NCBI RefSeq assembly: GCF_006345805.1
Contig: NW_021834350.1
Coordinates: forward strand, 1-51,501
Direction of reading: 5' to 3'
Source: Octopus sinensis
Lineage: Eukaryota
DNA: 51,501 nucleotides
Of the stretch, positions 24,198-37,399 are shown in pieces. Each line of letters begins with the position of its first letter. The stretch's first letter is position 1. The notes beneath the pieces were generated by a model that saw only the letters and a program-made list of their open reading frames with translations, had not been told where the DNA came from and did not search any database. The position numbers and the translations under genes were made by a program.

Positions 24198-24252
24198 TTA
24201 TATATCGATTCTTTTTCCTCTGTCTTCCCTTCTCTGGATCTTTCCTTCTCCT

Positions 24253-24290
24253 GTGCTTCCGACGAAGAGCTCCGCTCGAAACGTTAAACC
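24253..24290 (+). ncRNA. Degenerate minimal hammerhead ribozyme motif (Penelope-like)
   Basis: CCGACGA-A-GAGC(UCC)GCUC-GAAACGUU; U4 is changed to C and stem I is weak. Confidence 0.4.
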
Positions 24291-24570
24291 CTCCTTCTTC
24301 CCTTCTTTCCTGAGCGTCCAATAATACTATATTTGTTCCACGTCCTCGCGTTGTTGTATTTTTTTTGTGCTTTCTTGTTTGGATTAATTATATATATATA
24401 TATATATGTATATGAGTGTACGTGCGCACGTGTGTTCGTGCCTGTATATGTGTGTGTGATTGTTTCCGCTACCGCTTGACAGCTGGTGTGGGTTTGTTTA
24501 TGTCAATGCAGCGAAACGGTTCGGCATATGAGAAAGACAGAATAAGTATCAAACTTTAAAAGCAAGCATA

Positions 24571-24980
24571 GGCGCAGGAGTGGCTGTGTGGTAAATAGCT
24601 TGCTAACCAACCACGTGGTTCCGGGTTCAGTCCCACTGCGTGGCATCTTGGGCAAGTGTCTATAGCCCCGGGCCGACCAATGCCTTGTGAGTGGATTTGG
24701 TAGACGGAAACTGAAAGAAGCCTGTCGTATATATGTATATATATATATATATGTGTGTGTGTGTTTGTGTGTCTGTGTTTGTCCCCCTAGCATTGCTTGA
24801 CAACCGATGCTGGTGTGTTTACGTCGCCGTCACTTAGCGGTTCGGCAAAAGAGACCGATAGAATAAGTACTGGGCTTACAAAGAATAAGTACCGAGGTCG
24901 ATTTGCTCGACTAAAGGCGGTGCTCCAGCATGGCCGCAGTCAAAATGACTGAAACAAGTAAAAGAGTAAAGAGTAAGAGG
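24571..24980 (+). mobile_element. SINE family B, full length
   Basis: tRNA-like head (tggctgtgtggt, ggttcagtccc), CORE-like cttgggcaagtgtc, internal (TA)/(TG) tract, and tail ggcggtgctccagcatggccgcagtc...aaaagagtaaagagt. Confidence 0.9.
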
Positions 24981-25638
24981 TCCATTTGTTTTGACTAAAC
25001 ACCCCAAAACGGTGCCCCGTCATGGGCTGCAGTCCAAAAACCTGAAACAAATATGAAGACAAAGGATAAAAAAATAAAGATATGGTCGGCTGAATAAGGA
25101 TTCATTTGAAACTAAACCAAAAAAAGAAAAAAAAAGAAAAAAGCATCAGGACGATCAAATTTTGTTTGCCTTCCATTGTTTATCTCCCTTTTCCTAAGCC
25201 CTATTCCTTTTACCCTCAATTGGTAATGTTTAATAGAACGCACGCTTTTAACTGGGTGTAGATAACCACTCAAAGAGCGATTATGCGAACACATTCAAAC
25301 ACTGGCACACCGCCAGAATTTTGACAATTATCTTTTTAATATTAGTTCCATATGCGACACACTGAGTCTATTTTTGGCTTCATATATTATTACTTTGTTG
25401 TATTGTTATTACTGACTAGAGAATTGTATTTATGAAACCTTTTGTTTTTCCTTTTATATACTGGAGCTTTTCAACTACTGAAAGTTTTGTTCTTCATCAT
25501 GATCCGGTCTATTTCATCATGTGAACTTGCGTTCATTTCATTTCCTCTTGAGTTCTTTAATCTGTATCAGTATTTTTTTATATATTCAAACTAAAAAAAT
25601 AACAAAGCGACACACACACACACTCACTCACACACACA

Positions 25639-25677
<39 letters not shown>

Positions 25678-25687
25678 ATTCACATAC

Positions 25688-25750
<63 letters not shown>

Positions 25751-26747
25751 TGTGTGTGAGTGGATGTATATATATACATGTATGTATGTATGTATGTATG
25801 TATGTATGTATATATATATGTATGTATAGGTATATATGTATAGGTATATATGAATGCATTGTTCTTTGTCATCCGGCTACACTGAAAAAAAAACCTTGAA
25901 AATAGAAAATAGCGCCTCGGTTTCACCGTTTCGGTGCTTAACTTTGGTCATGAGTTAAACGTCAAAATACAAGGAAAAGTTAGGGGACAGGAGGTGGTAA
26001 TTAAGTACTGGAAAAATTCATAACAGTAAAATGTTTATAATGAAAAAAAAAAAAATAATAATAAATAAGAATATAAAAAAAAACAGGAAAAAAACTCAGT
26101 TTTCCTTTGAATGGCAAACAACTTTAGTTCACTATGCAGAAGTGGTCTACGTTTAGTCCCAAATTTCGGATCGAATTTGAGTACCAATTTTCTCAGTGCT
26201 CTCACGAATCGGGTTTAGATTCGACCAAATTACAATCCCCAAAACTTAGGCTCAGAAATATGCTTGAAAACATGAAGTTTGTATTTCTTGCTTGAAAACG
26301 GGGAGAAAAGGTGTTATCTTCGATATCCAACACAACGTCAGTTAGGACAAGGAACTTGGGCTTCTTTTCCATGCATTAGTGACAGTAATTACAGCATCCG
26401 TGTCATGATTTAGCTTTTGTACCAATGTAGAATTAGCTTCTCGTCAGTTTTTCAAAACCCAAATGTATTTCGAAAATATCGTAGCGTTACTCATATTTCT
26501 ACATCTAATGGATGTATATATACATATTGTATATATACATATTGATATATGTGTATGTATATACATATTGATATATGCATATGTGTTCGCACACACACAC
26601 ACTCACACACATATACTCAGACACACTAACACACTCATACACACACACATTCATGCATGCGTATATATAATTTATGCCTGTAATGTCATGTAAGTGTGCA
26701 TGTTTATCCGAAAAGAAACGTTGATATATATATATACATATATATAT

Positions 26748-26807
<60 letters not shown>

Positions 26808-26859
26808 AAATCTATTTGCCAACGTAAGTTAGGACGATGTTAATACCTTTTGCTATGAG

Positions 26860-26932
26860 GATCACACTGACGAGTTGCGGACATCTACGTAAGTGATTAC
26901 GTAAGTCGTAACAACGAAACTGGTTTGTGATT
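26860..26932 (+). ncRNA. Type I hammerhead ribozyme (minimal stem III)
   Basis: Stem I gatcaca/tgtgatt; core CUGACGA 26867-26873; stem II gttg/caac with inner hairpin tacgtaa/ttacgta; GAAA 26916-26919; stem III AC(UG)GU; predicted cleavage after U26925. Confidence 0.72.
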
Positions 26933-27208
26933 AATCTGTATATTTTGTATCTTTTCATTTGTCTTGTTCGCTTACGTTCTGGCGTTTGCTGAATTTTCTT
27001 GAGAAAATACTTTTCTAAGTGGTAAGACCATAAGGGTTGACTTCTAGCATAATGGATGTCCACTTAGTGGTCATCCCACTTATATGCATGTAATATAATA
27101 TTTCTCAATCTTCAGATTTCTCTATATGCTAGACCACTGGTTTTAAATTGATATTAATCAAATAAATATTCGATTTTTCACCCTTATTACTTTAAATTTA
27201 TATATATA

Positions 27209-27604
27209 CTAGCAGTATCGCCCGGCGTTGCTCGGGTTTGTAAGGGAAATAACTATATAAGAATTTTTAGAGATGTAAAGTATAATATCCATCACAATAT
27301 GGCTAACCACAAAGGGGGGGAGTGTTACTGTAGCTTTTACGTTCTGAGATTTAATAATAAATTTTTAGAGAGTTACTTCCCTTATATATGCCAAAAATGT
27401 ATTAAAATGGGAAAAATTGATGGTTAATTTTTTTTAAAATCGTAGACTCATCGTAGACGCGCGCTAATACCCAGAAGGGCTCGATATGAATCACGACTAT
27501 AAGATACCCGGTTTTGGTTAAACTGCACCGCAAAATGTGGGAGTAGTTAGGAATCTAAATCGTAGGAGACAGACAGCACACAACCTTACTTTTATATATA
27601 AAGA
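27209..27604 (-). mobile_element. Non-autonomous Helitron, copy 2
   Basis: Reverse complement of 3260-3657, with TC/CTAG termini and an AT target site. Confidence 0.85.
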
Positions 27605-27607
27605 TAT

Positions 27608-27645
<38 letters not shown>

Positions 27646-27881
27646 TGAGAGAGAGAGAGAGAGTGGGAGAGAGAGAGAGAGAAACAAGAAAACGGCTACA
27701 TGGCCGCGCGGCATGCTAGGAACAGCTTCTAAATATTCTCGATTCACATTCCAGTTCTTGAAAACATAATAAAGATATAAACAATTCCAAAACGAAGAAG
27801 ACAAGATGATGGAAGGCCATTTATTATCAAATGACGCTGCCCAATAGAAACCGACTTAAGGTTAGCCAACAACACATCTGT

Positions 27882-28305
27882 TACTCTTTACTCTTTTACT
27901 CTTTTACTTGTTTCAGTCATTTGACTGCGGCCATGCTGGAGCACCGCCTTTAGTCGACCAAATCGACCCCGGGACTTATTCTTTGTAAGCCCAGTACTTA
28001 TTCCATTGGTCTTTTTTGCCGAACCGCTAAGTGACGGGGACGTAAACACACCAGCATCGGTTGTCAAGCAATGCTAGGGGGACAAAGACAGACACACAAA
28101 CACATACACACACACACACACATATATATATATACATATATACGACAGGCTTCTTTCAGTTTCCGTCTATCAAATCCACTCACAAGGCATTAGCCGGCCC
28201 GAAGCTATAGCAGAAGACACTTGCCCAAGATGCCACGCAGTGGGACTGAACCCGGAACCATGTGGCTGGTTAGCAAGCTACTTACCACACAGCCACTCCT
28301 GCGCC
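27882..28305 (-). mobile_element. SINE family B, full length
   Basis: Reverse complement of 24571-24980, very similar. Confidence 0.9.
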
Positions 28306-28653
28306 TTAGCGTATCTTAACAATATATCATATTCATCCTGCTTAGTGTATCTTAACAATATATTATACTCATCTTAGTTACATTCTAACTTTTCAGCATC
28401 CGTATCCAATCTGTTCTGATCTTTAGAGATTAATCAGTCAAACAGATACTGCTACAATGACAGCATTGTTTTCTTCGTAAAGATACAACTACTTCTAGGG
28501 CTAATGAATATCTTGATTTCCACCATATTTTCTCCTTTGTTTTATTTATTTGTATGTTGATATACACGTTTCTTTTTGCCTGTTTTTTCTCTCTATAGTT
28601 CTTACATCTCCCAGCCACACATACGTATATTACATAAACACACGTACAACACA

Positions 28654-28757
<104 letters not shown>

Positions 28758-28839
28758 CATATATGTGTGTGTGTGTGTGTGTATACGTATACATACATAT
28801 ATATATATAATATATGTATATATAATATATGTATATATG

Positions 28840-28924
<85 letters not shown>

Positions 28925-28926
28925 TA

Positions 28927-29330
28927 GGCGAAGGTGTGACTGTGTGGTATTAAGGTTGCTTACCAACCACATGGTTCCGGGTTCAGTGCCATTGCGTGAC
29001 ATCTTGGGCAGGTGTCTTCTACTATAGCCTCGGGCCAACCAAAGCCTTGTGAATGGATTTGGTAGACGGACACTGAAAGAAGCCTGTCGTATATGTATAT
29101 ATTTATGTGCATGTCTGTGTTTGTCCTCCCCCATCACCGTTTGAGAACCGGTGTTGGTATTTTTACGTTCCCGTTACTTAGCTGTTCGGCAAAAGAGACT
29201 AATAGTATTAGTATCAGGCTTATGAAGGATACGTCTTGGGGTCGATTTATTCGACTAAAAAACCATATAAAGCAGTGCTCCAGCATGGCCGCTGTCAAAT
29301 GATTGAAACAAGTAAAAGAATAAAAGAATA
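28927..29330 (+). mobile_element. SINE family B, full length (more diverged)
   Basis: Colinear with 24571-24980. Confidence 0.85.
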
Positions 29331-29366
29331 TACATATATATATGAAGAGAGAGAAAGAGAGAGATG

Positions 29367-29367
<1 letters not shown>

Positions 29368-29460
<93 letters not shown>
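29368..29460. repeat. (CTAT)n microsatellite at the Tx1 5' junction
   Basis: Seen directly. Confidence 0.97.
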
Positions 29461-31805
29461 GGGAGGCCCGGGCGGCAGAGGCGCAACAGGGCAACAAAGC
29501 CACCATTCGGTCCCTGGTAGACGAACAGGGGCGCGAATTGCTCGAGCCAAGTAAAATGTGTGAGGCCTTTCAGCAGCATTTTGCCCGACTGTTCGGAACG
29601 AGTGGAGGGCAAGAACGTAGGGTGGACTTCAGTGCCTACCTACATAGCCTACCACGACTCTCGACAAGAAAGGCAGGGTGCTGCGAAGGTGCCATCACGG
29701 CGGCGGAAGTGCTGGAAGCGATGGCAGAATGCTCGAGGGACAAATCACCGGGTTTGGATGGTCTACCCTACGAGCTTTACAATTGTATGCCAGACTTGTT
29801 TGGAGATCTCTTGGCGGCGGTGTACTGCAACTGGCAGCAAAACGGGAGCATTCCTGTTTTGTGAGCCGAGGAGCCGTAACACTGCTGAAGAAAGATCTAA
29901 ACAAGGGAAATGTAATAGATAACTTTAGGCCCATCACTCTGCTTAATGCAGACTTGAAAATTTTGGCCAAGGTGCTAGCCAAGAGGTTGGCGCTTGTCAT
30001 CGAGAAACTGGTCGACAGGGCGCAAACATGCGCCGTGCCAGGCCGGACCATCCATGACAACCTCCACCTGATGCGCTACATCATAGACAGGGTAGTTAAC
30101 GAACCTGGCATGGGTGGGGCGCTGATCAATTTGGATCAATCGAAAGCTTTCGATAGGGTGGACCATCGATACTTAGAGGCGGTCCTCGGAGCGGCTGGTT
30201 TCGGTCCCGTCTTCCGCGGCTGGATAGCCGCTTTGTACAGAGGCATCCGTTCGGTAATTCGCGTGAATGGACATCTATCGAGACCCTTCGACATCGCACG
30301 TTCGGTCCGTCAGGGATGCCCCCTCTCGTCGCTTCTATACGTATTGACTCTCGAGCCATTATTGCGGAAGCTGGCAACCTTGAGAGGCATCCCGCGAGAA
30401 CTGAGATGCGGGACGAGCGTGTCTGCATACGCGGACGACGTCACCGTCATAGTGTCTAGCCACGAGCACATCGAGCAGGTCGGCGAGACACTGAAAAACT
30501 ACGAAGCGGTGACAGGAGCGAAAATCAACCGGGAAAAGTCAGTGGGCTTGCGACTAGGCACCTGGAGAAGCAAGCCCATGCCGTCCACCAGCGCCTCCGT
30601 CGTGGGACGCTGGACCGACGGCCCGGTGAGTTGCTCGGGGTCTGGTTTGGTCCGGACCTCCAAGTGGAGAAGAACTGGAACGAGATAACGAGTAGGTGGT
30701 CACTCTCGCCCGGCAATGGGCCGAGGGAAAACTGTCCCTAAAAGGTCGGGCGGAGGTGGCGAACACGTACATCGCGTCCGTCATCTACTACCGCCTGACC
30801 GTCGTACCTTGTCCCGACCCTACCATCACCAAACTACAACGCATTCTCTTTCGCTTCTTGTGGAAAGGATGCGTCCCGATGGTCAGGCGATCCATTTGCT
30901 GTCAACACCCGTTAAAAGGAGGGCTGGGCATGCCGTGGTTGATGATGCGCAGACACGCGCTGAGACTGCGACATCTCTGGCTCTATGTAGACGACGGTGA
31001 ACAGGTGTGGTCGCCGTTTGTGAGGCACGCTTTCCAGCAGCTCGTTCCATGACCGAACTGCAGTCGTGGATCAAAAGAGGCCGAGGAAGGGCGAATGGCA
31101 CCGCGAGTGTCGCGTTGCTCTCAAGCAACTCTGCCGTCCTGGGTCGACCTTGAGTGACTTCAACAAAACCAAAGCATTCTATAGGGGTTTAGTGGAGGGG
31201 AGGTACGACGACGAGCTCGGGGCGAACCTGGACGTCGACGAGGAGTACCTGACCCGCCTGTTCAGGACGACTTTCGGGCCAGGGCCCATGGACAACTTCC
31301 AGAGATCCCTGGCTGGCAGTGCTACCGAGAAGCGCTACCCGTTCGGGATAAGCTCTACAGACACGGCTCGAGAAACACGGGGCCGACCTGCCCGAGATGC
31401 GGTCAGAGCGACGAAACCGTTCTGCACGCACTCGTGCAGTGTCCAACAATTTCCGACCTGTGGGCTTATGTCGAACAACTGCTGTCACGTGTGGGACGAG
31501 TCGTTTTATCAGCTGAGTCTATCGTCAATATTGTCACGCCTCCTTCCTTCAAACGGGAAGGAAGAGCTATTTTCATCATCCTTGTGGCTATGGCGAAAGA
31601 ATGTATCTGGTGGACGCGTCTGAAAGGATTGGAGACAAACACTTTCCTCTCTGGTCAATCTCTCATCAACTTCTTCAAGTACCACTTGAAAAGGAAAGTG
31701 AGAGTAGAGAGGCAAGTTTTGTCTAGCGAATGTTTTAAAAGATGGGTGAATGTAGCAAGAATGGCACGTATGAATGACGAAGCCACCTTGAGCATGATCC
31801 TATGA
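29461..31805 (+). pseudogene. Frameshifted Tx1-type ORF2 (RT plus C-terminal zinc knuckle)
   Basis: Motifs SPGLDGLPYELY, FRPITLLNADLKILAKVLAKRL, LDQSKAFDRVDH, VRQGCPLS and YADDV; by hand translation near 31395-31450, CPRCGQSDETVLHALVQC. Confidence 0.92.
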
Positions 31806-32174
31806 ACCCAGAAATTGAAAACAGAGAGTTGCTTATTCGGAAAAAAAAAAAAGAAATATAACATGTGACTCCATTGACCGAGGTTACCGTGGTCTTTTCC
31901 GTAGGCTTTTCTTTCCACGGGTAAACCTCACCTGTCCTCCCCTTTACACTTCATATTGACATTTCTGTGATAACGATCCCTATTGATCAATTTTTTTTTT
32001 CCTCTCCCCCTTTTTTTTAACCCCTCTTTTTTTTGTCCTCTTTCTCTCCTTTTACGATCCCTTTTGATCGAAACTCCCCCTTCCTTTTTTTTTTTTTTAA
32101 ACCTTCAAAAGAAAAGCTCTACCTTGTAATTTGTTCTATCTGTGTGCAGCCCTGTGTGGCTAATAAAGAAACAT
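29461..32174 (+). mobile_element. 5'-truncated Tx1/L1-clade LINE
   Basis: ORF2 fragments followed by a T-rich 3' UTR with aataaa, ending gaaaca then (TATC)n. Confidence 0.92.
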
Positions 32175-33247
32175 ATCTATCTATCTGTCTGTCTGTCTGT
32201 CTGTCTGTTTATCTATCTATCTATATATCTATCTATCTATCTATTTATAAAAGGACCAATGGTCCTTACCGAGTCATAGGATCTGTTTCCCGGATTTTGT
32301 GTCATATGTATTCCCCCCCGGATGTCATGTTAGTCTGTCTCAGAATTACTTACTTTTGCCACCTGTGTGGACTGGAGTAACGTGAAATGGATGTTTTACT
32401 GAAGAACACAACACACCACCCGGTCCAAGAATCGAATGGTTGAACTTAGGGGCTAGCGATCCTAAGCCCTACAGCTGAACCATTCAACCACGCACTTTCA
32501 TTTATAAATGAAGTATGTTGAAACAATTTTAACTGGCAAAGTTTGTTTTATTGGAAGCTACGAGTTGTGATTTTTTAGGTTTATATTTCTATATTAATTT
32601 TTTGTTTCTGGTGTTTATACTTAATCCATCCTTGAGCGAGCAAACGTAGGATCAAAAAACATTACAGCGATGATCACACCTCTTTCTACTTTTTTTTTCG
32701 TCAAACAACGCCAATCCCGCTCAACATTATGAAATGTAAGCCATGTTTTTATGACAGCTTCGTCGAAGAACAACCGAACCTCTACGACTTTTCACAAAAT
32801 GTTTCTGTAGTCTGACTATTTTGTTATTCATATCTGGTATACTGGGTATTTACGAACAGGTGTAACTAATGTTTATGCATGAATATTTCAATTTCCACCC
32901 CTATCATTAATTTGCTACTATATGCTTTCCATATATAATTTAAATGGATTTCCTCTGCTTCATGACACAACACCTACGTCTTCTGTCACTACAGTTAGTT
33001 TAAAACAACAAAACGCTCTACAAAATGTTTACGCGTCTCAATATGCGTTCTCTATCATTAATAAATTTCTCAAATTATTTATTTCATTAAGATTCTATAT
33101 TGTCACATCTGATGGGTGAGGGATTATATATTTGTCATGTCCATGTTTAAGATATCACATACACTACATCTCGTCTTCCGTCACTTTTCATCCCATCACA
33201 TTTTTCTATCACATTTCTCTATCACACTTCTTCGTACTTACGTCCCA

Positions 33248-33632
33248 GTGGAGGCGCAATGGCCCAGTGGTTAGGGCAGCGGACTCGCGGTCATAGGATC
33301 GCGGTTTCAATTCCTAGACCGGGCGTTGTGAGTGTTTATTGAGCGAAAACACTTAAAGCTCCACGAGGCTCCGACAGGGGATGGTGGTGATCCCTGCTGT
33401 ACTCTTTCACCACAACTTTCTCTCACTCTTACTTCCTGTTTCTGTTGTACCTGTATTTCAAAGGGCCGGCCTTGTCACTCTCTGTGTCACGCTGAATATC
33501 CCCGAGAACTACGTTAAGGGTACACGTGTCTGTGGAGTGCTCAGCCACTTACACGTTAATTTCACGAGCAGGCTGTTCCGTTGAATCGGATCAACCGGAA
33601 CCCTCGTCGTTGTAACCGACGGAGTGCTTCCA
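33248..33632 (+). mobile_element. SINE family C, full length (tRNA-derived)
   Basis: Box A tggcccagtggtt, box B ggtttcaattcc; near-identical to 46347-46735. Confidence 0.9.
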
Positions 33633-34029
33633 CATAGCAGCTCAGCAAAAGAAACCGATAGAATAAGTACCAAGCTTTTTTTTTTTTTAATTTAATTCCT
33701 GGAGTCGATGCATTCGAATAAAATTCTTCCATGAAGTGCCCAAGCATGGCCAGAGTTTAATGGCTGAAACAAGTAAAAGACAGAAAAAAATATATCTGTA
33801 GACAACCAAAGGGATTCAAAGAAAAATAACCTTTATTAAATAAGCATTTCATTTCAGAAATTTCTTCCTCTCCTCTTTTACTTCTTCTTACTCACTTTCT
33901 CGTACTTTATTTCTTCCTCTTTTTTCTTTTTTTCTTCCTTTCTTTTTGTTCGGACAGTATTTGAGGAATGCTGTGTGTTGTTGTGATCTGGGTTGTTTCA
34001 ATAAAATCCTTCAAAATCAATCACTCATG

Positions 34030-34540
<511 letters not shown>

Positions 34541-35077
34541 GCGATAAAACATAAGCTTGCTAATACGTTGACCCTTTCTCAAGCTATCATGGATTTCTAT
34601 TGGTGTCATTGCTTTAATTGATGCTAATTGTTTAACAAAACGAGCGAGGGATATAGATGAACATACAAACACAATTTCACACACAAACACACAAACACAC
34701 AATATATATATATACATACATATATATACGCATACATATAAAAAACCATAGATATATGCATGTGTGTGTGTAGTGGTGTGATATGAGATATGAGCTGACA
34801 TGCTTCGCCCCTTCTTAGGTTGCAATACTGTCGAGTTGATAACATTACATTAATACAGCCAATTAAGCTACATCTGGGTTTTGTTAGAGCCTTACTATTC
34901 CACACATTCCACACACACAAACACACACAGAAGCGCACACGATCGCACACATGATTACGCATGTCTTGCACATACACAAATGTACAAACACATACAGATG
35001 CACGCACACACACACATACACACACACACACAATCTCACCCGAACACATAAGCACATATAAATCTCTCTCTCTGTAC

Positions 35078-35110
<33 letters not shown>

Positions 35111-35484
35111 CACATACACACACAAATATTCATTTGTCGATGACGTGTGTTCGATTCCTGGATGGCACTCTTTGTCTTTGAGTGAAACACTTCATTTCCT
35201 ATTGCTCCACACAAAAGACATTAGTGGATTTGCTGAAAGTCCAAAGTACAGCAAGCGTAAGGTGTCAACAGCTTTCGCTGGCTACAGTAAATTCAATTTT
35301 TATACCAAATATATGGGAATAACTAATCAGGAGGTTAAAACAAACATAGGTACTGAAGTCCATTAGGTGGCCACATGGCAAAATCCGTGTAACGACAAGA
35401 AAGAAACTGATAGAAAAATATAGAATCTGTTTTCAATCCTTGCTTAGAATCTGGGAAATTATATACTCTTTTACTTGTTTATAA

Positions 35485-35898
35485 GGCGGCGAGCTGGCAG
35501 AATCGTTAGCACGCCGGGCGAAATGCTTAGCGGTATTTCGCCTGTCGCTACGTTCTGAGTTCAAATTCCGCCGGGGTCGACTTTGCCTTTCATCCTTTCG
35601 CGGTCGATTAACTAAGTACCAGTTACGCACTGGGGTCGATATAATCGACTTAATCTGTTTGTCTGTCCTTGTTTGTCCTCTCTGCGTTTAGCCCCTTGTG
35701 GGTAGTAAAGAAATAGGCATTTCGTCTCGCGTTACGTTATGAGTTCAAACTCCGCCCAGGTCGACTTTACCTTTCATCTTTACGGGGTCGTTTAAATAAG
35801 TACCAGTTACACACTGGGGTCGATGTAATCGACTCAAATCCTTTGTGTGTCCTTGTTTGTCCCCTCTATGTTTAGTCCCCTGTGGGCAATACAGAAAT
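35485..35898 (+). mobile_element. SINE family A dimer
   Basis: Full unit 35485-35716 plus a head-less unit starting at 35717. Confidence 0.88.
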
Positions 35899-35925
35899 AT
35901 ATATATAGTCTTTATACTTGTTTAG

Positions 35926-35979
<54 letters not shown>

Positions 35980-35989
35980 GTGTGTGTGT

Positions 35990-36220
35990 GTGTGTTGGTG
36001 TGTGTGTGTGTGTGTGTATTTGTGTGTCTGTGTTTGTCCTCCCACCATCGCTTGACAACCGATATTACTGAGTTTACGTCCCCATAAATTAGCGGTTCGG
36101 CGAAAATGACTGATAGAATAAGTACTAGACTTACAAAGAATAAGTCCCGGGGTTGATTTGTTCGACTAAAGGCGGTGCTCCAGCATGGCCTTAGTCAAAT
36201 GACTGAAACAAGTAAAAGAT
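35990..36220 (+). mobile_element. 3' half of SINE family B
   Basis: Same tail as the other family B copies. Confidence 0.8.
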
Positions 36221-36944
36221 ATATATATGGGGGTGGGGAGAGAACCCGATTTGGAATGAAAGACTAAGTTAACCTCGAGTGTATTTGAACTTAAAGCATA
36301 TTATAAAACCAACAAATTAAATTCTAATATTTCTGACAGATAGTTGGTTTCTAGACTCAGCTATCTTGCGCGCCTAAGCTTACTTTAATTCTTACTGTTA
36401 TTTATTATCTTGGTTTTATAACTAAATTCTCTTGATGTCAGAACTTGTTGATTTAAATATCTATAAATCTCACAGGAATAAAATTAAAAGTAATATGAGA
36501 TGCTTCGTTGAACAAATAAATGTTAATGAGTTTTTGATGTTTTACATTTTTTAAAAATAAATCTTAGACGACCACGTAAAAGAATAATTAAGAAATAGAA
36601 TATATCTTCTCAACAACCTAACCCCTTTTCAACCTGATACAGGCAAAATCCTTAGTTCACACCTCCACCCCTCATACACTAAACTACACCCCCACACATT
36701 CACAAATATGCAAGCACATGTATATATGAATATATATGCATATACATGTATGTGTGTATATGGTGATAAGGAAATTAGACAAATCAATATATGAAGTTTA
36801 TTAAATACATGAAATACAAAATATGTATATATGTATATATGTAAAAAGCACATTTGTACACAGAGTGCAAATGATATAGAAAATTAAAGGTGTGGAAGAA
36901 AGGTATTACAAATTCAACAACGGTTTCTGGGTGGAGATTGTCGG

Positions 36945-37093
36945 CGATCCATTATAATGTTTGTAGATTAATTCCATCAGATTCAGCCATTCCATCTCTG
37001 AACTTCTCTGCTTTAGGATCTCAAATGTAAGATCTCTTCCCTGAAGACGGAGGCTCGTCTCATCCTCTGATGGAATTAATCTATTATGGATCG
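36945..37093. repeat. Inverted repeat / hairpin
   Basis: Perfect 18-bp arms tagattaattccatcaga (36964-36981) and tctgatggaattaatcta (37066-37083), with outer cgatccat/atggatcg. Confidence 0.8.
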
Positions 37094-37399
37094 TTGAGAA
37101 TGTATCTGTGTCTGTCTGCCCGTATGTGTGTATCGCTGAAACTCGAGAACTACCCAACCGATTTCATTCAAATTTTACACATGGCTTACTCAGGGTCCAT
37201 GCAGTGTCATGGGCAAGTGTCATGGGCAAGTGTCATGGGCAGTGTCATGGCAAAAATTTCAACTTCTTGTATAATGCAAACCCGGAGCAATCTCTTATCT
37301 CTTACAATATTCAGTATTACGTGTCAAAAGTGAAACAATGAAATCTCTATTGTAAATGTAAGATAACATTTCACTTTTAATAGTTTCACAATTAATACT

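Noticed and set aside
29364-29460. N-terminal extension of Tx1 ORF2 (MSIYLSIY...)
   Set aside because: In-frame read-through of the flanking (CTAT)n repeat into a 5'-truncated element.
33248-33325. tRNA gene
   Set aside because: The tRNA-like sequence is the head of a multi-copy SINE and continues into SINE body. The same applies to 7184, 20205, 24571 and 46735.
37100-37300. DINE/Helitron-like fragment (ccaaccgatttcattcaaattttacac)
   Set aside because: Only a short motif resemblance; the termini are not identifiable.
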